NCBI GenBank assembly: GCA_951406725.2
Contig: OX597833.1
Location: 19,220,001-19,284,000 of the forward strand
From: Octopus vulgaris
Taxonomy: Eukaryota
Reading direction: 5' to 3'
Length of the DNA stretch: 64,000 bases
This document shows, in pieces, positions 37,273 to 49,173 of the stretch (positions are counted from its first letter, which is position 1; every line of letters starts with the position of its first letter). The notes beneath the pieces were generated by a model. That model had not been told where the DNA came from. It saw only the letters and a list, made by a program, of their open reading frames with translations, and did no database searches. A program made the position numbers and the translations under genes.

Positions 37273-37709
37273 ATATATGTATATATATGTATGTATGTAT
37301 TCCTCATTTATATACCTTTTCATTCCTACATAACTACAATAATCTTAAGATAGATTGATTATTTAAATTCCACTATTATTTCTCTTTTGATAATTTTCTC
37401 TTTCCTCTGTTTATACTTTATCTAATCAGAATAATATAATACACCTAATAATAATAACTGACTCCTTTGTATGCATATACATATATATATATATATAAAT
37501 ACAAAATCAGAAAATGGAGAAATACATCTAAATCATTAATCAACTACCAGATAATACCCAATCACATACTTTATTGAACCACTACATAAGAACATTAAGG
37601 TTAAACAAAACAGCGTACATGAATGAGTAATACAATACAATAGGTACAATCATTATAAGAGGATATAAATAAATAAATATAAATAGATATAAATATAAAT
37701 ATACACTAT

Positions 37710-37836
37710 ATCTTACAGCTGTTTCGGCCGTGCAGATAAATATGCCTCATTTTACCCATATTAGCCGTGTATGGTATGCCAATATGGAGTTAAAAATGAG
37801 ACATTTACAAATATATCTTAAGGCCTCTTCGGAGAT
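37710..37836 (-). ncRNA. Hammerhead ribozyme with variant core (CCGAAGA)
   Basis: Minus strand: ATCT-CCGAAGA-[GGCC...long hairpin...GGCC]-GAAA-CAGCTG-TA-AGAT. Confidence 0.65.
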
Positions 37837-37909
37837 TCTAAAGTATAAACCAAATTACATATATACTCATATAAGTGTGAGTACATACCCATAAAAAATC
37901 ATTATATAT

Positions 37910-38222
37910 GATGATGATGGCCGTCCACTCGTGACCGAGGAAGACCATTGCCGACCTTCAGGAACATTGTGCGCTCTAGGACTAACTTATATTTTGCATT
38001 TGCGGTTCCGTTGGTGGCTAATGAGCCCTGCTCTTGACAAGCATACACGACTGCAAACATTGCAGACCAAGCTTTCCCCATTCACTATACGAGCCGTGCA
38101 CTTTCACGCAGCTCGCTTAAGTTCTTCATGCTGGATACGTGCTCTCTCAAAAGTGTCGATCCCCTCCTTAACCTGCTTCCTCCATCTGTGGCGATGACAG
38201 GCATTGTTCTCCCAGTCAGTGT
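37910..38222 (-). mobile_element. RTE/Bov-B-like 3' end
   Basis: Inverted match to about 31515-31778. Confidence 0.85.
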
Positions 38223-39507
38223 GTATATATGTATGTATTTATATTTATAACTTAACCTTATGGACTTTCTAAACTCTCTGACACCGAAGTACTTTAATCT
38301 TATTTTCCAAATACTTCAGTTCACTGAAGGGATGGAAGTAACGTGGGGTACTATGACCTCTTGATTGAAACAGCAGTAAGAAACTATTCTTTCTAGGTTC
38401 TACGTTATATATTTTATATATTCTTTCTGTTCTACGCTATATATATTATACAGTCTTTCTATGTTCTACGTTATGTATTTTAATAATTACTGATATTTTT
38501 ATATTTTATATATTATATATGCAAAGCATAATGTTATACATGTATGTATATTGTTATAATTGTCTTTTTTTAATAAATAAATAGACATAATATGATGAAT
38601 ACCACCTCTTGATCCCCTCCATTTTCTTTTTGCCGTATAAATTAAGGGCAAAACAACTTTTTACCCTCACCCATTTATTACATTTAGTAGTGTAATTACC
38701 ATGAAATGAAAAAGCACTTGTGTATTAATAATTGGGTATTCTACCAGCAGTATATTGGATTGATATTATCCCTTAGTTGGCTGGATTCACAACCTCTAAC
38801 TCTCTTGGAATTATATATATATATATATATATAGTGTAATAAATAAAATATATGCATACATACAAACATATATGTACGTACCTACATCTACATGTACATA
38901 TACATGCATATATAAATATATACGTAAGTACAGGATACCACAACTAGACGTAGAACTCAACGAGAAACGAAAACGGAAAAACAAGCATGGAACAAACCAT
39001 TTTTTTACAACAGAAAAACAGAGTACAAGACAAACTACACAAGGAAAAATCCCCTTCATCAGCTGTCTCTAGTTCAACTCTAGCGTGTTTCGAAGGTAAG
39101 ACAGAACACGACTCGTCGAAACTAGCCCTTCCTGCGAGAGAATTAAAATAAAATTACTTCGCAGAGGGGTAAAAACAAGAAAGGAAAAAAAAAATGTAAC
39201 ACCTAATGTAGGATAAAATTTTTTTCGAAAAAAAATTTAATCAATGGCTAGCATATTAAAAAATACCTTTAAAGGTTAAATTTATAAACAATTCATAAAT
39301 AAGGGCAAACGAAAAAATTTCTAATGCCAAATATGCCGAAAAATTGGACATATTGTCCATTAACCATATAATTTTTTCCACAATACGCACGCTCATCCAT
39401 CCGTCCGTCCGTCCGCCCGCCTGCCCGCCCGTCCGCCCGTCCATCCATCCATCCATCAACCACATTATCCCCGACTGTGAGAGAATCTCTTCTAAATATT
39501 ATCTTCA

Positions 39508-39745
39508 AGGCGGCGAGCTGGCAGAAACGTTAGCACGCCGGGCGAAATGTGTAGCCGTATTTCGTCTGCCGTTACGTTCTGAGTTCAAATTCCGCCGAGG
39601 TCGACTTTGCCTTTCATCCTTTCGGGGTCGATAAATTAAGTACCAATTACGTACTGGGGTCGATATAATCGACTTAATCCGTTTTTCTGTCCTTGTTTGT
39701 CCCCTCTGTGTTTAGCCCCTTGTGGGTAATAGAGAAACAAGTATT
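39508..39745 (+). mobile_element. SINE family A
   Basis: Full head-to-tail match to 15730-15960. Confidence 0.9.
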
Positions 39746-39749
39746 ATCT

Positions 39750-40330
39750 TCCCATGAGGTGCAATGCGGTGGCCAGAGGTGTAATCCGGTGTGAAACAGG
39801 ATTACAAAAAAGAGAATAGCTACCAACGAAGCTGACCATATTGAGACCGATGAGTCAAAAGAATACTGGTGGAACTTAAAAATTAAAACAACCACCAAGT
39901 CAAAACACAACCGGTCAGGTATCGCCGTGTGGGACTACGAAAAAAGATATGTTCTGTTGTGAAAATGAAATGAGCTGCCCTCTGAAAACGAGTGTGGTTA
40001 GAAAAATACAAAAGAAAGAGGACATCTATGGACCATTTATAAGAAGCTTGTAAATCCAGTACCCAAGGTACACTTTCAGCTCCATACCCATTACTATTGA
40101 AGCAACAGGATAATACCAACTCGTCTAGAGCAAAGTACGACTGAACTCGGGGTCTTGGAGAGAGAAAGAAAATCCTTAATTCATAAACAAGGACTTATCA
40201 CGATATCTGAGACTATAAAAATCTGCAAAATCTTAGGATTTAAAGGATGATGGTTAAACAACATACTTTTCTTCATAACCTTGCCACCAACTAGGTGGCC
40301 AGGTAAAATTTACTTAAGAATTAAAAAGAG
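39750..40330 (+). mobile_element. Decayed restriction-like-endonuclease LINE 3' end (second copy at about 40810-40983 plus 41379-41510)
   Basis: EYWWNLKIKTTTKSKHNRSGIAVWD...MSCPL...KKEDIYGPFIR...IPITIEATG resembles the NRPD / E.SCP / K...Y endonuclease pattern. Confidence 0.6.
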
Positions 40331-40335
40331 AAAGA

Positions 40336-40495
40336 GGACGTGGCTGTGTGGTAAGTAGCTTGCTAACCAACCACATGGTTCCAGGTTCAGTCCCACTGCG
40401 TGGCATCTTGGGCAAGTGTCTTCTGCTATAGCCCTGGACCGACCAATGCCTTGTGAGTAGATTTGGTAGACGGAAACTGAAAGAAGCCTGCCGTA

Positions 40496-40554
<59 letters not shown>

Positions 40555-40765
40555 GTATGTGTGTGTGTGTGTTTGTCCCCCTAGCATTGCTTGACAACCG
40601 ATGCTGGTGTGTTTACGTCCCCGTCACTTAGCGGTTCGGCAAAAGGAGACCGATAGAATAAGTACTGGGCTTACAAAGAATAAGTCCCGGGGTCGATTTG
40701 CTCGACTAAAGGCGGTGCTCCAGCATGGCCGCAGTCAAATGACTGAAACAAGTAAAAGAGTAAAT
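40336..40765 (+). mobile_element. SINE family B
   Basis: Match to the other copies. Confidence 0.9.
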
Positions 40766-40970
40766 ACATAAATACACATGCGCACATACATGCATACATA
40801 CATATATATTTGCAAATCCAGTGCCCAAGTTACATTTTCATTTTTATACCTATTATTATTTGAGTAAGAGGATGCGTACCAATTCACGTGGAGCAGAGTA
40901 TGGTTGAACTTTGGCTGTTGGAGAGAGAAAGCAACTCCTTAATTCATACGCTACGAATGATCACGCTATC

Positions 40971-41378
40971 TGGTATAATAAAAGTGAAGTTGTGTGTCTG
41001 TCTCCTACGATTTAGATTCCTAACTACTTCCACATTTTGCGGTGCAGTGTAACCAAAAGCGGGTATCTTATAGTCGTGATTCATATCGAACCCTTCTGGG
41101 TATTAGCGCGCGTCTACAATGAGTCTACGATTTAAAAAAATATTTACCGTAATTTTTTCCCATTTTTAATGCATTTTTTGCTATTATATAAGGGAAGTAA
41201 CTCTCTAAAATGTATTATTAAATCTCAGAACGTAAAAAGCTACAGTAACACCTCCCCCCGTTTGTGGTTAACCATATTGAGATGGCTATTATACTTTACA
41301 TCTCTAAAAATGCTTATATAGTTATTTCCCTTACAAACCCGAGCAACAAACCCGAGCAATGCCGGGCGATACTGCTAG
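40971..41378 (+). mobile_element. Non-autonomous Helitron with an atypical 5' junction
   Basis: Family body and hairpin plus CTAG end. TGGTATAATAAAA is present at both ends. Confidence 0.8.
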
Positions 41379-41669
41379 TGGTATAATAAAATCTGTGTGA
41401 TCTTCTTAACATTTAAAGGATGGGGAACAAATTTAATATGCTTTCGATCGCAAAATTCCTATCAGTTAGATGACTGGTCTCAATTAACTCTAAATTAAAA
41501 AGAGAAAAAGAAAACATTCAGACATGCATAAATACACACATACATAGTTCAAAAATACCCAGTTGATGTTGAAATTTTAGTGAAGGAGCCTTGGATCTAG
41601 GTTAGAAGCCGATTTTTTTTTTCTCTGTTGACAAGAAACCTTGAAATAAAACTAAATAATGTTTTCGAC

Positions 41670-42292
41670 TCTAGGCCCAAGGCCCGAAATTTTGTGTGGC
41701 GGGGTTCCAGTCGATCAGATCGACTCCAGTACACAACTGGCACTTAATTTATCGACCCCGAAAGGATCAAAGGCAAGGTCGACCTCGATGGAATTTGAAC
41801 TCAGAACGTAGCGGCAGACGAAATACCTATTTCTTTACTACCCACAAGGGGCTAAACACAGAAGGGACAAACAAGGACAGACAAACGGATTAAGCCGATT
41901 ATATCGACCCCAGTGCGTAACTGGTACTTAATTTATCGACCCTGAAAGGATGAAAGACAAAGTCGACCTCGGCGGAATTTGAACTCAGAACGTAACGGCA
42001 GACGAAATACCGCTAAGCATTTCGTCCGGCATTCTAACGTTTCTGCCAGCTCGCTTTATAATAAGATTAAATAATTATTTCTTCTCTAAAAATAAGGCCC
42101 TAAAAATTTGGGGGAAGGGGCCTAGTCAATTTCATCGACCCCAGTGTTTCACTAGTACTTAATTTATCGATCCGGAAAGGATGAAAGGCAAAGTCGACCT
42201 CGGCAGAATTTGAACTCAGAACATAAAGGCGGACAAAATACTGCTAAGCATTTCGCCCAGCGTGCTAACGATTCTACCAACTCGCCGCCTTA
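41670..42292 (-). mobile_element. Cluster of SINE family A copies (composite 41670-42055, single 42095-42292)
   Basis: Three GTCGACCTCG..GGAATTTGAACTCAGAAC-like cores. Confidence 0.85.
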
Positions 42293-42399
42293 TCATAAAA
42301 TAATGGACATACATATATGTACATGCATATTAATGCGCTCACAAATAATTACCATAAACATTTTCACAAAGTTTTGTTTATCCATACAAAACAACTTAC

Positions 42400-42485
42400 C
42401 TCAATGTCTGACAGATGGATTGCAGCCAGTTTCTACAGACTGTGATCGAGACTTAATCACACTTCAAAACCACTGAATAAGGCTC
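42400..42485 (-). other. Candidate non-coding (5' UTR) exon of the host gene
   Basis: Acceptor TTTTTACATTATATACAG|, consensus donor GAG|GTAAGT. Stops in all three frames. Lies upstream of the ATG exon. Confidence 0.5.
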
Positions 42486-43660
42486 CTGTATATAATGTAA
42501 AAATTATCCTACTTATCACTACCTCAATTAGCAGTTATAATATGAATAGGCAGATGCACACCTATATACATGTATAACTACACATGTGCATATGGATAAA
42601 CATATATCAATTCACACGTATACATTGATATATTCGTAGAATTGTTAATACATACACTACTTATTCTATATTGACACATACACATTTACATACACTTACA
42701 GTTAAACAAAGCAGAAAGACCAAAAACTAATAGCTTATTTCGAACAATACATATATAATTGATATTATTGATTCTCCTATTTAAAATCCATATTCTAAAA
42801 AGTCCAGACAAGTATATAACACCTACATATACACATATACGCATATATACATGTACATATATCCATAATTTGGTTCACTTGCACATTTTTATATATGAAA
42901 ATGAAAAAGGCTAACTACCCTCTCCTTTATAATCCTTTATACACCGTTGCATTATCATCAATAGCCTCAACACAATGTGATGAACCATGAGGTACTTAGC
43001 GTGATGAAAGCCCAGGCGAATGACGGTAATTTCGTGTAAGAGGAGTAATTAGAGAGAAATGATGCAAAGAAGAATTGATCTTGTGTATCAGATCTCGATT
43101 ACTTGCAGCTTTTCACTACAGAACGTCCTCACTCACACGTTCATACTTCTCATACACACACGCACACACACTGAACTTTTGTAATTACTTTTTATTCAGT
43201 TTCGGCGAGATAAAATCTTTTGGAAGTTCTTTTTTTATGAATCAATCTGAGGAGCAAGTGAAGCATTTATGCCCCTTAGCACCACCTGCACCATTTCGGA
43301 GTCTCTGATACGGGTAGAAGAAAGAAAAAATCCGAGCCCAAATACTGGCAATATTGTAAACTTCTCTAAGAGTATCCTAGGTTGAGATAGTGGTGTCAGA
43401 CTAGGTTACGTTTACCATTGGTGTTATCGGACATAAGATCAGTGGTGGACATATGACATAATAGACACTGTAGACATAGGAGACACAGTACTAATAGTAG
43501 ACATTTACAAAAGGGCTGTAGAAATAGCATCCTGCAACATAAGAACTTTCCCCAGTATTATAATACAAGGTAAATTTATGACAAACTACCTTTCGATCGT
43601 TTTTCGTGGTGAGTTCTTGATAATGAAAAAAGGAAATTTACATTATTTTGATATCTATTC

Positions 43661-43915
43661 CAGACAGTTCTTAACCTGTGTCCATATGACCCTTAGCGGT
43701 CCATATAAAATGTTGTCATTAAAATTTGAGAACAATAAATTGGTTATACTTCTTCAATAGATAAAATATTCTAACATATTTTTATACAATTCCTGATAAT
43801 ATTTAATTTCAAAAATATAACAGGATTTTTTTAAACATTGAATGTTTATAGGGATCCACACGAGTAAAGCCGGAATGAAAGGGATCCACACGAAAAATAT
43901 CGTTAGGAACCACTG
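43661..43915. mobile_element. Decayed hAT-like MITE
   Basis: CAGACAGTTCTTAAC ... GTTAGGAACCACTG. Its 3' part resembles 60955-61040. No clean TSD. Confidence 0.5.
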
Positions 43916-44169
43916 GTCTAAGAGAAGTGACAAGGTCGTTAATATGTTGTATTGGCTGTTGTTTCAATAAATATTGTCTTATACGTCAACTGATTATAAT
44001 TTTTTCTGCTAATATATTTAGATTCAAAGCCTTTTGCTCTAAAAGAGTATGTAATGCTTGCTTCAGTCAACGCTTTTGTGATATCGAACCACTGAATATC
44101 GTTGTGACTGGCTGTGTATGACTCAAACTTAATAGAAACAAATCCATTTTACCATTGCTTATAGTTGGT

Positions 44170-44556
44170 GGATGGAAGCACTCCGTCGGTTACGACGACG
44201 AGGGTTCCGGTTGATCCGATCAACGGAACAGCCTGCTCGTGAAATTAACGTGTAAGTGGCTGAGCACTCCACAGACACGTGTACCCTTAACGTAGTTCTC
44301 GGGGATATTCAGCGTGACACAGAGAGTGACAAGGCCGGCCCTTTGAAATACAGGTACAACAGAAACAGGAAGTAAGAGTGAGAGAAAGTTGTGGTGAAAG
44401 AGTACAGCAGGGATCACCACCATCCCCTGCCGGAGCCTCGTGGAGCTTTAGGTGTTTTCGCTCAATAAACACTCACAACGCCCGGTCTGGGAATCGAAAC
44501 CGCGATCCCACGACCGCGAGTCCGCTGCCCTAACCACTGGGCCATTGCGCCTCCAC
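44170..44556 (-). mobile_element. SINE family C, tail type 1
   Basis: tRNA-like head. TSD GCTTATAGTTGGT at 44157-44169 and 44557-44569. Confidence 0.9.
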
Positions 44557-44569
44557 GCTTATAGTTGGT

Positions 44570-45787
44570 ACCATTGTGGTCACATGGTCGAAGTTTGAGC
44601 TTGATCACGCCATTTTTTTTCTGCCTTAACAGTCTAAGCAAGGCCGCTCCACTAACAATGTGCACCAAAGAAGAACAAAGAGCAGTGATACGATTTCTCT
44701 GGTCGGAAGATGTATCAGGTGCTGAAATTCATCGGAGGCTTTAGCACCATAAGAGGACAGTATGCACAACCGCGTAAAAATGTGCATGAGTGGATCGAGA
44801 AGTTTAAAAGTGGCCGGACAAGCGTGACGCACAAAGAGGGAGCAAGACGCCAGTCAATTTCCGCCATTGACAAGAAGATTCAGCAAGCTCGAGAGATGGT
44901 AATGGTGAACCGGCGAGTTATCATCGATGGGGTAGCCTGTTCTCTGCAGATTAGTCATGGTTCTGCCTATCAAATCATCCATGATGAGCTCGGCTTCCAT
45001 AAAGTCTGTGCAAGATGGGTTTTAAGAGAGCTTACTGCAAAGCACAAGCACAAACGTCTTGAGGTCTGCCAACGTTTACTCGATCTCTACAACAATGAGG
45101 GCGCGGAATTTTTAAGCAGAATAGTCGTAGGAGATGAAACGGGAGTCTATTATTATGAGGTAGAATTCAAAGTGGAGGCGCAATGGCCCAGTGGTTAGGG
45201 CAGCGGACACGCGGTCGTAGGATCGCGGTTTCGATTCCCAGACCGGGCGTTGTGAGTGTTTATTGAGCGAAAACACCTAAAGCTCCACGAGGCTCCGGCA
45301 GGGATGGTGGTGATCCCTGCTGTACTCTTTCACCACAACTTTCTCTCACTCTTACTTCCTGTTTCTGTTGTACCTGTGTTTCAAAGGGCCGGCCTTGTCA
45401 CTCTCTGTGTCACGCTGAATATCCCCGAGAACTACGTTAAGGGTACACGTGTCTGTGGAGTGCTCAGCCACTTACACGTTAATTTCACGAGCAGGCTGTT
45501 CCGTTGATTCGGATCAACCGGAACCCTCGTCGTCGTAACCGACGGAGTGAAAAAGAAGAAGGTAGAATTCAAAAGGCAGAGTATGGAGTGGAAACATCCT
45601 GGCTCGACGGCGACGAAGAAATTCAAGACTCAGTCTTCTGCGGGAAAGGTAATGCTAACCCTCTTTTGGGACTCAAAGGGGCCTATACTGGAAGACTATC
45701 TGGAAAAGAGGTGTACCATCAGCAGTGCAAGATACAGTGCTTTGCTGGCCAACAAACTGAAGCCAACAATTCGCACCAAACGCCGAA
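44570..45787 (+). mobile_element. Mariner transposase remnant interrupted by a SINE
   Basis: MCTKEEQRAVIRFLWSE, HKVCARWVLRELT, RIVVGDET, KRQSMEWKHPGS and SAGKVMLTLFWD. 3'-truncated. Confidence 0.9.
45172..45559 (+). mobile_element. SINE family C, tail type 1
   Basis: TSD AGGTAGAATTCAAA at 45158-45171 and 45560-45573. Confidence 0.9.
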
Positions 45788-46126
45788 GCCCCAGAATCTT
45801 GCCCGTTAAAAGGGTCCTGTTTGAAAAAGAAACCTAGTTTACATGTGTGAAGTAAGTACCTCAAAAGAACCCAAGAAAATCTATATAGGAAGCACAATAG
45901 ACCTTAAAACTAGATGGGGGGGGGGACATAAAAATTCATTTACAAACCCGAGCACGAAAAATTCGACAGCACTAGCCAGACACATAGATAATTTAAAGGC
46001 GCAAAATAAACAATTTAAACTAGATTGGTCAATAATTACTCAAACTATTCCATATAACACACACACTAGAATGTGTAGATTATGTACAAAGAATTCATTA
46101 GTATACTTCGTATGAGTAGAAAAATA

Positions 46127-46522
46127 TCTATATATATAAAAGTGAAGTTGTGTGAGTGTATGTCTCCTACGATTTAGATTCCTAACTACTCCCACATTTT
46201 GCGGTGCAGTTTAACCAAAACCGGGTATCTTATAGTCGTGATTCATATCGAGCCCTTCTGGGTATTAGCACACGTCTACGATGAGTCTACGATTTTAAAA
46301 ATAATTTACCATAATTTTTATCCATTTTAAAGCATATTTTTTAAATAAAGGGAAGTAACTCTCTAAAAATGTCTACGATGAGTCAACGATTTAAAAAAAA
46401 ATTTACCATAATTTTTTTTCCATTTTTAATGCGTTTTTTGCTGGTTTTTTGGCTATAACTCTCTAAAAATGCTTTATAGTTATTTCCCTTACAAACCCGA
46501 GCAACGCCGGACGATACTGCTA
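46127..46522 (+). mobile_element. Non-autonomous Helitron
   Basis: A|TCTATATATATAAAAG...CCCGAGCAACGCCGGACGATACTGCTAG|T. Confidence 0.85.
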
Positions 46523-46792
46523 GTTATTAAATAAGATAAACAGGTATTTTTCAACTTTAAAATTTTTTTCTCTTTAAAGTACAATTAAAACCTAAAATTC
46601 CGACCTTTCATCCCCAATATGTTTTAGGATAGCCGTAAATGCATTATTTTTCTGTAAGATTTGTAGTACATTTAACCATCATTTTAGAATTTATTTTAGT
46701 TATCTAAACAAATTTTTATCACAACATAGGATACCTGGTCCAAGTATGAAGTCTTTTAAAATCTCTTAAATAATTTTTAAACTTTTCAAATA

Positions 46793-46879
46793 ATCCCTGA
46801 TGAAGGAAATGTCTACATTCGAGATGGGTATAAATAGTTCAAGCATTCTGAAATACCTTTCCAGAAACGGCCGTAGGAT
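46793..46879 (+). ncRNA. Type I hammerhead ribozyme (stem II base mismatched)
   Basis: ATCC-CTGATGA-[AGGAAA...TTTCCA]-GAAA-CGGCCG-TA-GGAT. Confidence 0.7.
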
Positions 46880-47192
46880 ATGTATGAATCTGATCTCTAG
46901 ACTTAAATATTCGCTTTTTTGGGCTACCCATACATCTTTTTAATATTTTTTTATTTTGCTATGCATTGACCGTGTACATTTAACCTTCAACCTTTTTTCA
47001 TGTTTTATGTTTTATGTTTTACAATTTCAGGCCATCTCATACGGATGTATATCTTATATATATTTTTTGTATTTATATATTATATATTTTATATGATGAA
47101 TTGTGTCTTTCGAAAAATATATTGAGAAAAATAATCTGTTTTTGGTTGTCAGTATCGCGAAAGTTGTCTTTTCATTGGAACCCACATTACTC

Positions 47193-47295
<103 letters not shown>

Positions 47296-47299
47296 CAAA

Positions 47300-48755
47300 T
47301 TTACAGAAAACAAGGGACGAAATCAGGTGAGGAAACAACATGCATGTGTATTAATTTGACGCACGGGAAGAATGGAAAGGTCTTTGATGTTTCGAGCCTA
47401 CGCTCTTCGACGGAAAGAGTTGAATGGAAACACGTGGATAGAACGAAAAAGAACAAACAGACAGAAAAATGTGTAGGGATTAACGGTTCAACATGATTAA
47501 ATGACTGGAAGAAAGAAGCTGTATAAAAGTAAGATGATAACAGTGACCCGGCTGAAATAGGGTGCGCAAGTGTGTGTATTATGTAAGAATGATGTGTGTG
47601 AGTGTGTATGTGTGAATGGGGGCGAGCGCGTGTGAATGTATGTGTCGATGAGGTGTGTGTGTATGGACGTGTGTATATGTGTGTGAGGCTGTGTATAGTC
47701 CGTGTGTGATGCTATCGTATGCGAGTATGTGTATGTGTGTGCGGGCGTGCGTGTGTGCAAAACGCTTGTGCGTAGGATTTAATGTGTGCTTGATGGAGTG
47801 GTATGCACGTGTATGTGTATGTGCGCTAGTGCATAGTGTGTGTGGGTGACTCTACAGTGTGAGTGTGTATTGTGTATGTTTATGCGAAAGTTGTGTGAGT
47901 TTATGCTTGCTGTGTGCGTGTGTATATTGTCTGTGTTCAGGCGTGTTCGGTGCATGTTTACTGTGTGTGTATTTTAGGAGTGAATGCTGTGTGTTGTGGA
48001 GGAATGCATGGAGGTGCGAGGTGGGATAGGGTGACAAAAATTAGTGGTTGGGGGATGTTGGGAAATGTTGGGTGCTAGTGTGTGTGTGTGTGTGTGGAGT
48101 GGGAAGGTGTGTGTGAATGCTTGTATACGTGAGTGTGTGGGGGAATGTGCTTAATGGTGTGTTGTGTGGCTACTAAGTTGAATAGTGGGCAGAGGTGTTC
48201 GTATAAAGGTGTGTGTGTGGTAAGGGTACTGGTAAGTGTATGTGGATGTGTGCATAATGATACGTGGTGTGGGTACTAGGAAGTGCTGGATGCTAGTGAG
48301 TGTGGAGTGGGAAGGTGTATGTGAATGTATGTTTGTGTGAGAGTGGGTGCGTGCGTAATGGTGTGTGGTGTGAGTACTGAGTTGAATAGTGTGTATGGCT
48401 GGATGTTTATATAATGGTGTGTGTGGTGAGGATACTGAGTTCGACGGTGTACAAGTGCTGGGGAGGGGACAGTTAAAGGTGGAAGGTTGTGGGAATATGC
48501 GTGGAGTTGATTTTAGGCGAAGGGAGATGGCGAATTAAGGCACTACGGCGCAAAGGAATGAAGTGAGAAGATCAATTTCAGTTCACGGCAGAGGTGACAA
48601 TCCGAAACAGACAAATCCGAAATAGACAAATAGGCAAAGACAATCCGAATAGAGACAGATATTTTAACGAATGACCGACTAAGCAGAAGTGGCGCGAAAC
48701 CGGGCTGTCATTGCGGAGTCTGATATCTTGGAGGTGTTCAGTGAACCGGTCGGAC
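47300..48755 (-). mobile_element. Degraded Penelope 3' end with low-complexity UTR
   Basis: SDRFTEHLQDIRLRNDSPVSRHF matches the GIY-YIG end of the element at 56-58 kb. Terminal motif at about 47380-47418. Confidence 0.65.
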
Positions 48756-49057
48756 AATATATATGCATATGTATGTATATATGTATGCATGTATAAGCAT
48801 GCGTGTACGTGTGTATATCTATATATGTATGTGTGTGTATTCATATATATATGTGCCTGTTGTATGTATGTATGTAGTAGTAGTAGTAGTAGTAGTAGTA
48901 ATTCGGGTAGACACCTTGTAGTTTGCTGTAGATTTAATTAATAGAATTTATTCAATAAGATAGGTAATGTTTTTTTTATTTTAAGAAATATTGTTGAACT
49001 TTGTTTTTTTATTGTATAATTACGTACTTTTATTTAATTATTTTATTGTTATTATCT

Positions 49058-49173
49058 TAGACCTGATGAGTGGCTATATTTTTTAACTGAATTTGTTTTT
49101 TTGATAAATTTTAAACTGAATTGATTTTATTTTTATCAATTTGAAAGTATAGCCACGAAACGCGCGTAGTCTA
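49058..49173 (+). ncRNA. Type I hammerhead ribozyme
   Basis: TAGAC-CTGATGA-[GTGGCTATA...TATAGCCAC]-GAAA-CGCGCG-TA-GTCTA. Predicted cleavage after 49168. Confidence 0.9.

Larger units (their letters stand above)
45790..46880 (+). mobile_element. Penelope-like element 3' end (GIY-YIG endonuclease, possibly Naiad-type) with HHR
   Basis: VYMCEV...IYIGST..LKTRW..HKNSF......STALARHI...WSII.......MCRLC. Confidence 0.75.

Noticed and set aside
45172-45250. tRNA gene
   Set aside because: tRNA-like head of a SINE with a TSD and no proper acceptor stem. The same applies to the family A and B heads.
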